A DNA stretch of 64,000 nt from Verrucomicrobiota bacterium (lineage in GTDB: Bacteria; Verrucomicrobiota; Verrucomicrobiia; Limisphaerales; Palsa-1400): the NCBI GenBank assembly GCA_049510745.1, contig JBEKYR010000010.1, positions 64,001-128,000 of the forward strand. The letters are read 5' to 3'. The notes under the pieces were generated by a model that worked only from the letters and a program-made list of their open reading frames with translations, was not told the DNA's origin and did not search any database. Of this stretch, positions 31,089 through 40,511 are shown piece after piece. The stretch's first letter is position 1, and each line of letters begins with the position of its first letter. The position numbers and the translations under genes were made by a program.

Positions 31089-31091
31089 CGG

Positions 31092-31274
31092 ATGGCCTCG
31101 AGAAAACCCTTCCTGTTGCGGATGGACCCGGCGCTCTGGGCCGAATTGGAGGCCTGGGCGCAGGCCGAATTGCGCAGCGTCAACGGCCAGATCGAATATC
31201 TGCTCAGACAAGCCGTCGCCAAACGCAAAGGCCCCTCGTCCGTTCGCAAGGCGGACGATCAAAAGAGGGGTTGA
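31092..31274 (+). CDS. Arc-like ribbon-helix-helix DNA-binding protein
   Basis: [10 protein letters not shown]...[13 protein letters not shown]; usual partner of this SPFH subfamily. Confidence 0.85.
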   Translation: MASRKPFLLRMDPALWAELEAWAQAELRSVNGQIEYLLRQAVAKRKGPSSVRKADDQKRG

Positions 31275-31485
31275 TTTTCAGGGCGCAATTGAAAGTTTCC
31301 CGGCCCGGGACACCTTGGATTTCGTCGAAGCAGTTCTGTCTTTCGTGCAAGGACAGCCTTAGTAAACGTGTCCTCTGTTCAAGGACAAATGTGGAGTGTT
31401 GTGAACTCGCCACTGTTCGCAACGCTGACCCAACGAGCAGGACTTCCTGTTTGACACGGGCACCATCGCCTGTCATAGTGAGGCT

Positions 31486-32487
31486 GTGCGAACGGTACAA
31501 GACCAACTGTCCGTCAGCACGCTGCCCGCGAACGGCTGGCGGCGCGGAAGAAATCAGCTTCTTGTCGGGCAACGACTTTGCTCCTTGAGAACCCAGGGCC
31601 GCTGGAGGCATGGGCGCGCGTTCACTCTCATCGAACTTTTGGTGGTCATTGCGATTATCACCATCCTCGCGGGTATATTATTGCCGGCTCTGAGTCGGGC
31701 CAAGGAGCAGGGTTACACGACCGCTTGTAAGAGCAACCTGCGGCAACTGGGCATCGCCCTCGGGAACTACGCATCTGATTATAAAGCGTATCCATACGAA
31801 TCCTTGGGTCGGGCCGTGCCTGGAGCAACCAATTACTATTGGCAAGAGCTATTGCAACCCTATTCCGGCGCAACGTGGGATTTAAACACCTTTGAAGGCC
31901 AGGCGACTTCAACCGGACTGCTCTACTTGTGCCCAAGCTATGCTCACCTGACACTTTGGAATCCGGGCGGCGTGCAGCAATGGGACTTTGCGCACGTTTG
32001 GGGCGCTTACGGCTATAACTGGAGGGGGGTGTGGAATGCGAACGCCGATTGGTTTCTTGGTTTGGGAGGCACAGGACCAAATTATGGGGGCGTCAATCCT
32101 CCAACCCGGGAGTCCGCGGTCCTCGTACCCAGTCTCATGGTTGCCCTTAGTGACGCTCCCCTCGCGGCAACGACCACATTCACAACGCCCCCAAATGCCG
32201 TTTATGGGAATGCGGAATTTTCGTGCGAGGAAGGCTTCTATGACTACGAGGCCGAGTCTAGGCAGAGCAGCCCGGTCATGACTGGAGTCTGGGGTTCGAT
32301 CGGTGAGATAAATGTTCTGGCGGCAATTCACAAACGCCATTTCGGAAAATGGAACGTGGTTTTTTGCGACGGTCACGTGCGGGCCAATACGACGAAAGAA
32401 CTGTTTAATTTCAACGATAACTCGGTCTTGAGGTTGCGAAACTACGACCATCTTCCTCATCGGGAGCTTTTCGTGAGTCCGCCGTGA
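31486..32487 (+). CDS. Prepilin-type N-terminal cleavage/methylation protein with H-X9-DG domain (DUF1559-like)
   Basis: [30 protein letters not shown]...[23 protein letters not shown]; exact start uncertain. Confidence 0.9.
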   Translation: MRTVQDQLSVSTLPANGWRRGRNQLLVGQRLCSLRTQGRWRHGRAFTLIELLVVIAIITILAGILLPALSRAKEQGYTTACKSNLRQLGIALGNYASDYKAYPYESLGRAVPGATNYYWQELLQPYSGATWDLNTFEGQATSTGLLYLCPSYAHLTLWNPGGVQQWDFAHVWGAYGYNWRGVWNANADWFLGLGGTGPNYGGVNPPTRESAVLVPSLMVALSDAPLAATTTFTTPPNAVYGNAEFSCEEGFYDYEAESRQSSPVMTGVWGSIGEINVLAAIHKRHFGKWNVVFCDGHVRANTTKELFNFNDNSVLRLRNYDHLPHRELFVSPP

Positions 32488-32618
32488 AAGAGACCTCCGC
32501 GCGCCGATCATCCCCGCCGCACGTTTGGCTTTCGAATAAGGGTGAGCGAAATATTTGACCGGGCGGCTAAAGTATTTGACCGTTGGCCGGGCGAGGCATA
32601 CATGGGCGGCAATGTTGC

Positions 32619-34103
32619 TCATCTTGCCGCGTTGTGACAGACAAACCAGTGCAAGCCTGACAACGGAGCGCTTTGAAATGTCTTTACCCATTCATAGGTG
32701 TTGCCGGCGCCGTCCGTGTATTGCTCTCCCGGAGGCGCCGGGTCTTCAAAAGATTCCTTCTGAGAGATGAACCATTCCGGCCCGCCTTGCGGCCAGGAAT
32801 TTACAGGGTAGTATCTTGCCGTCTTGTTCCCCATTGCTTCCCTCGCATAGAACTGCAAGACAGTGTCAATGCGAAAATCATGATCGCCGCCGATTGTCAC
32901 GACCGGCGCTTTCGTATGTTCAGCTAGAAAGCGCGCGGCTTCGCCATAATGTCCCCGGCCGAACTTGAAGAGACTGATCGTGTGCCAGCCATTGAGAACA
33001 AAATAACCGGCCAGCAGAAGAACGCAGACTGTCCGGCCCCGCAAACCGCGTTGATAAAGGGTTGCCAGAACAAAACTGAAAAGAATCAGCAAAAAAGCCA
33101 TCCCGACAATGAAATGCCTGACATAAAGCACGTCCGAATGGCGGATGATCGCCAGCAGGATTGGAACCGCCAGAATCACGCCGATAAAAAATATCCACGA
33201 ATCGGATTTTTCACGCCGCAGAATCCAGATGCCTGCGATGAACAGCGCGACGGCCAGAAGGGAAGTTAATAGCATGCCGAAATGACCCGGCGGAGCGCCC
33301 AGCGTCCAGGCGAGGGAATCCGCATAAACTCCAGGACCGTTCTTCGCTCCACCACCAAAGGTCTGATGGCGGATATCAACGAAATAGAGCGCCGTCAAAA
33401 ACGCCGCCGGTGCGGCATGGCAGGCGAGCATGCCTTTGATCGTGTGCTTTAATCCGAGACCCGATTTGATGAACCGCCATCCCGACCAAAGAATGGCGGC
33501 GAACAGGAAATTGAGGAAGATCAGGTGCGAGGCGATTCCAAGAATCGAACTGATTGAAAAGAGGAGGGCGGACTGCCATCCCTGTTTTTCCAAATATGTT
33601 TCCAGCGCATAAAAAGAGAGGAATGAAAAAAACACGGCCTCCGAATAGCCCCTTGCTTCCGACGAGTAGAGAATCTGCACATACGAAAAAGCAACCAGCA
33701 GCATTGCAAACCAGGCGGCGCGCGTGTTCCGGCGGCGCCCGATCATTCCCGCCAGCATCACACTGCCGACCCCTGCCACGATGGATGGGATGCGATAGCC
33801 CGGCCAGTTGCCGTGAAACCCGCACCAGTAAAGCCACAGCGAATTCAAGTAATTGTTGTTATCGTGATGAATCTTTGTGAACACCTGCAAAGGCGATGAA
33901 ATGTTGCCGACCAGCCTCAGCGACCATATTTCATCCAGCCACAATTCATTCAAAGCGCCATAAATCCGAAGCGCCGCGGCGACAATGAGGAGCAAGCCCA
34001 ACAGCCAGCCCCGGACACGCGGAGAAAAGGGAGATTCCACACCCTCGTTTGCCGGCTGATCCCCTAAACGGGTTCCTGGCTTTGGTGCATTGTTGGCTGA
34101 CAT
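32619..34103 (-). CDS. GT-C fold membrane glycosyltransferase (GT39/PMT-like)
   Basis: LWLDEIWS, YSSEARGY, about 11-12 TM segments. Confidence 0.78.
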   Translation of the reverse strand: MSANNAPKPGTRLGDQPANEGVESPFSPRVRGWLLGLLLIVAAALRIYGALNELWLDEIWSLRLVGNISSPLQVFTKIHHDNNNYLNSLWLYWCGFHGNWPGYRIPSIVAGVGSVMLAGMIGRRRNTRAAWFAMLLVAFSYVQILYSSEARGYSEAVFFSFLSFYALETYLEKQGWQSALLFSISSILGIASHLIFLNFLFAAILWSGWRFIKSGLGLKHTIKGMLACHAAPAAFLTALYFVDIRHQTFGGGAKNGPGVYADSLAWTLGAPPGHFGMLLTSLLAVALFIAGIWILRREKSDSWIFFIGVILAVPILLAIIRHSDVLYVRHFIVGMAFLLILFSFVLATLYQRGLRGRTVCVLLLAGYFVLNGWHTISLFKFGRGHYGEAARFLAEHTKAPVVTIGGDHDFRIDTVLQFYAREAMGNKTARYYPVNSWPQGGPEWFISQKESFEDPAPPGEQYTDGAGNTYEWVKTFQSAPLSGLHWFVCHNAAR

Positions 34104-34160
34104 GAGCAGTAGTCGGCTCCCGGCGTGTTATCCGGGCATTTTTTGGGTTTTCATTTTTTG

Positions 34161-34220
34161 GCCCGATTTAGCCGGATTTACCCGGATTTGGCCGGATTTT
34201 TCCGGATTTGTCCGGGTTTG
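34161..34220. repeat. Six tandem 10-bp repeats NCCGGATTTN
   Basis: gcccgattta gccggattta cccggatttg gccggatttt tccggatttg tccgggtttg. Confidence 0.8.
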
Positions 34221-34374
34221 TCGATTGGTTTTCCAGGTTGGTTCCGGCTTCTTTGGCAGGTTTTCGGAGCAGATGCCGGTGCCGGCGAGGCATGGGCAGG
34301 ACAAATTTCTTCGTATAGTGCCGATCGGGGAATGGAGGGTTCCCGCTGCGTAAAAACGCTCCGAGCAGGATTAC

Positions 34375-34606
34375 TCGCGCAGAGGCGCATAGGGCGCAGC
34401 GCGGCAGCCGCAACCAAATTTTCAACCACGGATGGACACGGATTAACACGGATAAAACCATACAGATGAACCTATTCAAAACTTCGTGTTCTTCGCGCGC
34501 TTCGTGGTGGGAAAGTCTTCTCAGAAATGAGCGATTTTGGGATATTGCACTGTAGAGAGGCAGGAGGAAAACAGTTTTTCTCCGCGCGCTCCGCGCCTCT
34601 GCGCGA
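34375..34606. repeat. Nested palindromic repeat element
   Basis: Perfect 14-bp outer IR TCGCGCAGAGGCGC enclosing CACGGAT x3 (10-bp period) and TTCG x3 (9-bp period). Confidence 0.7.
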
Positions 34607-35100
34607 AAAGGCCGGTTTCCCCCGTTGGCCGGAACAGATTGCCGGGATGACCGCTTCGCGGCGCAGTCCGCGCCGGGGCGGGCGGACAGGGCCGCTGCCC
34701 GGCGACTCCACTTTATGTCAAGCGCGAGTTCACGCACGGCACCACTTTCCCATATAAATGAGGAAATGCAAGCATTTTGTTTAGAAATGTGACTGAAGCA
34801 GAAGGCCCGGAAGCGTGTCTCCCGATTTTTGGCAATGAGGGGTCATCGGCGGCGGCGGCGAAGCCGCGACAAATGGCAAGAGCCTGAGGCGCAATGAGTA
34901 ATGAATGGTGGCCGGCTGATTGAAGCGGCTGCGAGCCGCCCCTTCGTCATTGGGTGATTTTGGAATTCATTTATAGTTCTCATTAGGACATCGAAATTCG
35001 TCATTTACCCTCGGCGGATGGAGGCTGGCCACGCACCGCGAGGGGACGTGTCCAAAACAATGAGATGCGCCCCTAGTCCTGGTTTTTTTTCGGTTCAACA

Positions 35101-35340
35101 TTGAAATTCTTCAATTCAAGACCAAACAAGCAAACCACACTTGTTGTGGGCTGTGAAAAAGGTCGTCTTAAACCAAGCCTTTCCAACGTTGTCAGGAGAG
35201 GCGGTATATTCTTCAAAACACCGGACGTGCTTTCTCAATTGGGCAGAACAAACGAAGCTCTGCGAGAGCTTCAAATCCTGTGCCAGCAGCACCCAGACTT
35301 CCAACCAGCCCAGGACCTCTTACGAAAGCTGATGCACTGA
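35101..35340 (+). pseudogene. C-terminal TPR protein fragment
   Basis: DVLSQLGRTNEALRELQILCQQHPDFQPAQDLL resembles a final TPR; no convincing N-terminus. Confidence 0.45.
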
Positions 35341-35343
35341 TCT

Positions 35344-35988
35344 TCACACCGGCGATCCAGTACTCCCCTCACCCAATTGCAGCAGCTTGGTTTCGAGTTC
35401 GCCCACCCTTCGATTGGCCTGCAAGAGTTGGTCAAAAATCCCGGTGCGTTCCTTTTGAAGTTGCTCGATGAAAAAGTCTTTGCCTCGATTCGTAATCTTC
35501 AAATCCAGATTCTCCTTTTCCAGTTCCTTCACCCGTTCGCCAGATTCTGAGACCGGCGCGGAGGCCCCGCTTCGCCCTTCCGCATCTTTCAGAACCGTGC
35601 GGAAAGATTCAGGCGGTTGCGGCGTTTTCGAGGCGGCCCTTGCCTTTTCTTCCGCAATGGCAGTTTCCGCACTCTTGGGTGTGATGTAGTATTTTCGCTC
35701 GTTTGGATCGAAATACGAGTCCAAGCGCGGAATCCCCTGACGATTCGGCTGGCACCAGTTGACGATGCTCCGCTCCGTCCGGGCAACGCCGGCGCCTTCA
35801 AACAATTGTGCCACTTCCCGGACTGTCAGCGTGTGATTTTCTTTGCGTTCCGAAGATTGCGGAACGTTGCGGAAGCTTTCGGAAACGTGCGGAATCTTTC
35901 CGAAGGTTGCGGAATCTTTCCGCACGCTTCCGAACTCTGCGGAATCTTGCGGCACCTTGCCGGACGAGTTTTGGTTGTTTTGATCCAT
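35344..35988 (-). CDS. HTH + coiled-coil protein of plasmid/integrative-element type
   Basis: TLTVREVAQLF...RTERSIVNWC HTH, C-terminal coiled coil; N-terminus encoded by 10-bp repeats. Confidence 0.72.
   Translation of the reverse strand: MDQNNQNSSGKVPQDSAEFGSVRKDSATFGKIPHVSESFRNVPQSSERKENHTLTVREVAQLFEGAGVARTERSIVNWCQPNRQGIPRLDSYFDPNERKYYITPKSAETAIAEEKARAASKTPQPPESFRTVLKDAEGRSGASAPVSESGERVKELEKENLDLKITNRGKDFFIEQLQKERTGIFDQLLQANRRVGELETKLLQLGEGSTGSPV
35848..35967. repeat. About 12 tandem 10-bp repeats (TKCSGAANNT), iteron/centromere-like
   Basis: ttccgaagat tgcggaacgt tgcggaagct ttcggaaacg tgcggaatct ttccgaaggt tgcggaatct... Confidence 0.75.
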
Positions 35989-36069
35989 GAAGGTTTTTGA
36001 TGAGGACGGGGAAGTCCGGTTTATCCACATTTGGAGCTCGCCTGGACTTGTGAGATAATCATACCACAC

Positions 36070-36420
36070 ATGAAAACAATAGGGGAAATCCTCAAGGAGA
36101 AAAACCTGCAACTTGACACGGAAAATCCCGTGTTGCGGGGCGGCTTCACCCAGGTCCCGAATTTCATCCTCAAAGACTCCAAATTGTCCGTCGGCGCAAA
36201 GGTCGCCTACGCCATGTTCCTGAGCTACGCGTGGCACAATGAGTCCTGTTTTCCCGGTCAGGAGCGGCTGGCGACGGACATGGGCATGACCCGGCCTCGC
36301 GTCACCCAATTGCCCCAACAACGAGGGCTACATACATGGTATGTAGGGGCGCGGATCGCGCCGGCGACCGACGGGTGGCTCAACAGAGCCATACGACTTC
36401 CCCAACGTGTCGTCGGCTAG
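36070..36420 (+). pseudogene. HTH_36-type replication-initiator-like wHTH protein, truncated
   Basis: GFTQVPNFIL..SKLSVGAKVAY...CFPGQERLATDMGMTRPRVTQL; similarity ends mid-HTH near 36312. Confidence 0.7.
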
Positions 36421-36508
36421 CGCCCGACTTCGCGCTTTTTCCAGCAGGCTATCGGGATTCGTTCCGCCTAACCGGCGTCTCTCACCAAAAAGCGCGAAGT
36501 CGGCCGCT
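36419..36508. repeat. Long inverted repeat (21/22 match)
   Basis: AGCGCCCGACTTCGCGCTTTTT ... AAAAAGCGCGAAGTCGGCCGCT. Confidence 0.7.
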
Positions 36509-36646
36509 CCAGTCTGCCGCCGCCGCCGCCCCGCTCTCCGCGCGAATCAGCCAGACGTCAGACCATCGCGACCCCGCGCCCTGATCACGACGCCCGCCAG
36601 GATGGATTTGCCACCGCCGCCAATTGGCACTCGGGACCGGCCACAG

Positions 36647-37414
36647 CTACGATCCCCGCAAGCTCCGGGTCTGGGCTGTGGCTTTGCTCAGGGGCTGCTC
36701 AAGCGGCAGGCGGATGGTAAATGCGGCCCCGCCCGTCGCACGGTTTTCAGCGGTCACCTGTCCGCCGTGGGCTTCGGCAAAACCTTTCACGAGAGATAGT
36801 CCAAGACCGGTGCCCCCGGTCCGTGCGCTTGGCGCTCGATAGAATTTCTCGAACAGGTGAGGGAGGGATTCGGGAGGGATGCCCGGTCCGCGATCGGCCA
36901 CGATAAGGAGCAATGTTCCAGCTTCGACCTTCACGCTCAATTGAACCTCCGTGCCCGCGGGAGTGTGGAAGGCAGCGTTCGATAAAAGATTGGTCAGGGA
37001 ATGCAGCATCAACTCAAAGTCCATTGGAACCTGCGGCAAGTCCGGAGCGATCTCAATTGTCAACTTGTGTTGCGCCAGTTCCTTGCGGGTCTCGCCCTCG
37101 GCCATCTGAATCAAATCGTTGACTTCACAGGATTCGAATTTTGGTTTGACGTGGCCGGATTCCAGCCGGGTGATCTCGATCACCTTGCCCACCAGCCGAT
37201 TCAATCGTTCAGTCGCCTCTTGAATTTCCGCAATCATCGCTTTTTGGGATGCTGAGAAATCGGATTTCTCGAATTCGGCCATGTAGGCCGTGGCGCTCTG
37301 AATGACAGCCAGTGGCGTTCGAATCTCGTGTGAGATGGAGTCGAGCAGCGTTTTGCTCAGACGCTCCGATTCGGCCAGCACTTCCGCTGTTTTCTCGCGG
37401 AAATTCCGTTCCAA
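36647..37414 (-). CDS. kdpD: KdpD-like histidine kinase, transmitter part only (HisKA + HATPase)
   Basis: AESERLSKTLLDSISHEIRTPL, NLLSNA, DRGPGIP, FEKFYR, GTGLGL; probable TTG start with GGAG upstream; no TM, USP or GAF domain. Confidence 0.72.
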   Translation of the reverse strand: MERNFREKTAEVLAESERLSKTLLDSISHEIRTPLAVIQSATAYMAEFEKSDFSASQKAMIAEIQEATERLNRLVGKVIEITRLESGHVKPKFESCEVNDLIQMAEGETRKELAQHKLTIEIAPDLPQVPMDFELMLHSLTNLLSNAAFHTPAGTEVQLSVKVEAGTLLLIVADRGPGIPPESLPHLFEKFYRAPSARTGGTGLGLSLVKGFAEAHGGQVTAENRATGGAAFTIRLPLEQPLSKATAQTRSLRGS

Positions 37415-37439
37415 AGTTCTCCGAATTCGCGCCCGTGTT

Positions 37440-37456
37440 TTTATGGTTTTTTTATG
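37440..37456 (+). promoter_or_regulatory. KdpE box
   Basis: TTTATG-N5-TTTATG, 11-bp period, resembling the E. coli KdpE site TTTATACTTTTTTTACA. Confidence 0.6.
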
Positions 37457-37537
37457 CCCTTGACCGCCTTTTTGACTACGCGGAGCCGAGTCTCCGGGTG
37501 ATCCTGCTGTCGTGCAACATCCTGATGACTTAGCCGT

Positions 37538-38272
37538 ATGAAACCCTATCCGGTCGCACTGATTATTGACGACGACCGCCCCATCCGTCGTCTGCTGCGC
37601 AACCTCTTGGAAGCGGACCGCTACCGAGTTTTTGAAGCCGAAACAGCTCAACTCGGAATGAAGGAAGCCGCTGGCCGGTCTCCTGACGTCATCATTATGG
37701 AGTGGTCCTTGCCGGATATGGCCGGGCTGACTCTCTTGCAACGATTGCGCGAATGGAATCACGCTCCCGTTCTCATCCTCTCCAGCCGGGATGCGGGGTC
37801 CGACAAGGTGCTGGCCTTGGACAGCGGGGCGAATGATTATGTGACGAAACCTTTCTGCCCCGCCGAACTCATGGCCCGGCTGCGTGTGCTGCAACGCCCG
37901 CTGCCCGCGGAACCGGATGGCCCCATCTTCGTGCATGGCGGCTTATCGGTCGATGTCGTTGCGCGCACGGTGACTCTTCACGGGCGCAAGGTTGACTTGA
38001 CTCCGACCGAACAAGCCATCTTCTATACATTGGTTCGGCACGCGGGAAAAGTGGTGACACGCAAGCACCTCTTCCGCTGCGTATGGGGAACCGATTCCGA
38101 GAGCAAACTCCACGACTTGCATGTTTATATCGCAAACCTCCGCCAGAAACTGCGGGAAGCGTCCGGCCAGGTGCTTATCCAAACCGAAGGCGGCGCCGGT
38201 TACCGCCTGTTGGTTCCTTCATCTGATTCCACCGACGACAAACTTGTCGAGCCGAATCTGGCTGTAACGTAA
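37538..38272 (+). CDS. kdpE: KdpE-like response regulator, phosphoacceptor Asp replaced by Glu
   Basis: IIDDD, PDVIIMEWSLPD, GANDYVTKPF, OmpR wHTH (HAGKVVT, VYIANLRQKL, GAGYRL). Confidence 0.85.
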   Translation: MKPYPVALIIDDDRPIRRLLRNLLEADRYRVFEAETAQLGMKEAAGRSPDVIIMEWSLPDMAGLTLLQRLREWNHAPVLILSSRDAGSDKVLALDSGANDYVTKPFCPAELMARLRVLQRPLPAEPDGPIFVHGGLSVDVVARTVTLHGRKVDLTPTEQAIFYTLVRHAGKVVTRKHLFRCVWGTDSESKLHDLHVYIANLRQKLREASGQVLIQTEGGAGYRLLVPSSDSTDDKLVEPNLAVT

Positions 38273-38346
38273 CAAACCTGTCGGCGGCCTTTTTTTAAGT
38301 AATCTCTGATTATCTCGGCCAAAAACGGAGATGGCCATTGCCCTCT

Positions 38347-38363
38347 TTAATGCGATTTTTATG
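38347..38363 (+). promoter_or_regulatory. KdpE box upstream of kdpA
   Basis: TTAATG-N5-TTTATG, 11-bp period. Confidence 0.55.
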
Positions 38364-38579
38364 CTTCATCCGTTTCTTTGAGTCTCTTTTGTTTCAAATT
38401 GTCCGGCTTTGCTCACTTCGGCCACGGGCAACCCCGCCAATTCCGCGCCCTTCAGTCTTCCCCAAATCCCAGGCGCCTGACACGCAACGATTTGTGTGCG
38501 TTTTCGCCAGGCGGCATGGGCCTTGCTAAAGGGTGGGTGCGGTCATCGCTGCATTGAGTGACATGAGTTTTGAAACAAT

Positions 38580-40478
38580 ATGAAATCAATTGAAATTATT
38601 CAGATTGTCTTGTTCTTCGGTTTGGGCATCGCCCTCACGCCGCCGGTAGGCCGCTTCATGGCCCGGGTGTTCAAAGGCGAGAAGACCTTTCTCCACCCGA
38701 TTCTTTCGCCGGTGGAAAGATGGATCTATCGGCTCACGGGAGTTGATCCCAACGAGGAGATGACGTGGCTGAATTATTTTTGGGCTGTGCTGCTTTTCGC
38801 CACAGTCGGTTTCGCGGCGGACATGGCCATCTTCATGACCCAGCAATGGCTGCCGCTGAATCCGCAAAAATTGCCCAATTGCCCGTGGCATCTGGCCTTC
38901 ATGCAGGCCTGGAGTTTCACCTGCAACGCCGACTGGCAATCCTACGCCGGCGAAACGACCATGAGTTACTTCTCGCAGATCTTTGCCATCATGGTGCATC
39001 AATTCCTGAGCGGCGCGTCGGGCCTGGCGGTCCTGGTGGCGGTGGCGCGCGCCCTGCATCGGGCCTCGGTCAAGACCGTGGGCAATTTCTGGACGGACCT
39101 GACCCGCGGCCTCCTTTATTTCGTCATTCCGATTTCGGCGCTTTGGGCCATTCCGCTGGCCTGGCAAGGCGTTCCTCAAACCTTTCAGCCTTATCAAACC
39201 GCCAGCCTGATGGAGCCTTATACGACTCAGGTGCAGAAAACCGACGACAAGGGCAATAACGTCACGACCAACATCCAGGTGGTCGTGTCCATGCCGAAGC
39301 TCGACGCGGCCGGAAAACCAGTCCTGGCCAACGGCGTTGCCGTGATGGTGGATGTGCCGCAAGTCGATGCCAAAGGCGCGCCGATCATGACCAACGTCCC
39401 GGTCATGGTGGACGCCAAAGTGGATACCCAGCCGATCCCGCTGGGCGGGGTGGCGGCGTTTGAGTCCATCAAACAACTCTTCACCAACGGCGGCGGCTGG
39501 TTCAACGTGAACAGCGCGCATCCGTTTGAAAACCCCACGCCCCTGGCGAATTTCCTGGAGTTGCTAGCGATCATTATTGTGCCGATGGCGCAGGTTTTCA
39601 TGTTTGGTTTGCTCGTTGGGAACAAGAAGCACGCCTGGACTCTGTTCTACGTCATGCTCGCCATGTATGTGTTCTCCTTCGGTGTCGCCTGGTACTGCGA
39701 GGCGCAGCCTAATCCGGTCATGGCCGGCGCGATGCCCAATATGGAGGGCAAGGAACAGCGGATCGGCGTCATGAACAGCGTGCTGTGGGCCGCCTCCTGC
39801 ACGGCCATTGACAACGGGTCGGTCAATTCCATGCACGACAGTTACATGCCGCTGGCCGGCATGATGCCGCTGTGGAACATTCTGATCGGGGAAATGCTTT
39901 TCGGCGGCATCGGCTGCGGGATGTATTGCATGTTGTTCCACGTGCTCATCACCGTGTTCATCGCCGGGCTGATGATCGGGCGAACGCCGGAGTATCTGGG
40001 CAAGAAATTGGACGCCTGGACGGCGACCTGGGCGGTGATTGGAGTCCTGATTCCCAATGCCGCCTGCCTGCTGCCGACGGCCCTGGCCGTCATGCTGCCG
40101 CAAGGTTTGTCCAGCATCGCCAACCAAGGCCCGCACGGGTTGACCGAAATCCTCTACTGTTTCGGAGAGGCGGCCAATAACAACGGCAGCGCTTTCGCCG
40201 GCCTGAACGCCAATACGCCTTTCTACAATGTCGGCGCCGGCATTGTGATCTGGATTGGACGGTTCATCCCGATCATTGCCGCGCTGGCCATTGTCGGCCG
40301 CCTGGCGTCGCAAAAAACCGTCGAAGCCTCCTCGGGCACGCTGCCGACGCATGGCTGGACCTTTGGGCTGACGTTGACGGGCGTGATCGTGGTGGTCGCC
40401 GCGCTGACGTTCTTCCCGGTGTTATGTCTCGGACCCATTGTCGAGCACGGGTTGATGCTGGCGGGCCGCGGTTTTTAG
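38580..40478 (+). CDS. kdpA: K+-transporting ATPase subunit A
   Basis: WQSYAGETTMSY, TNGGG, NSAHPFENPT, MEGKEQR, GRTPEYLGKK, NNNGSAFAG, LGPIVEH. Confidence 0.95.
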   Translation: MKSIEIIQIVLFFGLGIALTPPVGRFMARVFKGEKTFLHPILSPVERWIYRLTGVDPNEEMTWLNYFWAVLLFATVGFAADMAIFMTQQWLPLNPQKLPNCPWHLAFMQAWSFTCNADWQSYAGETTMSYFSQIFAIMVHQFLSGASGLAVLVAVARALHRASVKTVGNFWTDLTRGLLYFVIPISALWAIPLAWQGVPQTFQPYQTASLMEPYTTQVQKTDDKGNNVTTNIQVVVSMPKLDAAGKPVLANGVAVMVDVPQVDAKGAPIMTNVPVMVDAKVDTQPIPLGGVAAFESIKQLFTNGGGWFNVNSAHPFENPTPLANFLELLAIIIVPMAQVFMFGLLVGNKKHAWTLFYVMLAMYVFSFGVAWYCEAQPNPVMAGAMPNMEGKEQRIGVMNSVLWAASCTAIDNGSVNSMHDSYMPLAGMMPLWNILIGEMLFGGIGCGMYCMLFHVLITVFIAGLMIGRTPEYLGKKLDAWTATWAVIGVLIPNAACLLPTALAVMLPQGLSSIANQGPHGLTEILYCFGEAANNNGSAFAGLNANTPFYNVGAGIVIWIGRFIPIIAALAIVGRLASQKTVEASSGTLPTHGWTFGLTLTGVIVVVAALTFFPVLCLGPIVEHGLMLAGRGF

Positions 40479-40511
40479 GAAGGCAAACCGAGTATTCAAA
40501 GAGAAACGATT

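Noticed and set aside
34161..35967. 10-bp tandem arrays as CRISPR
   Set aside because: No spacers, units too short, no cas genes
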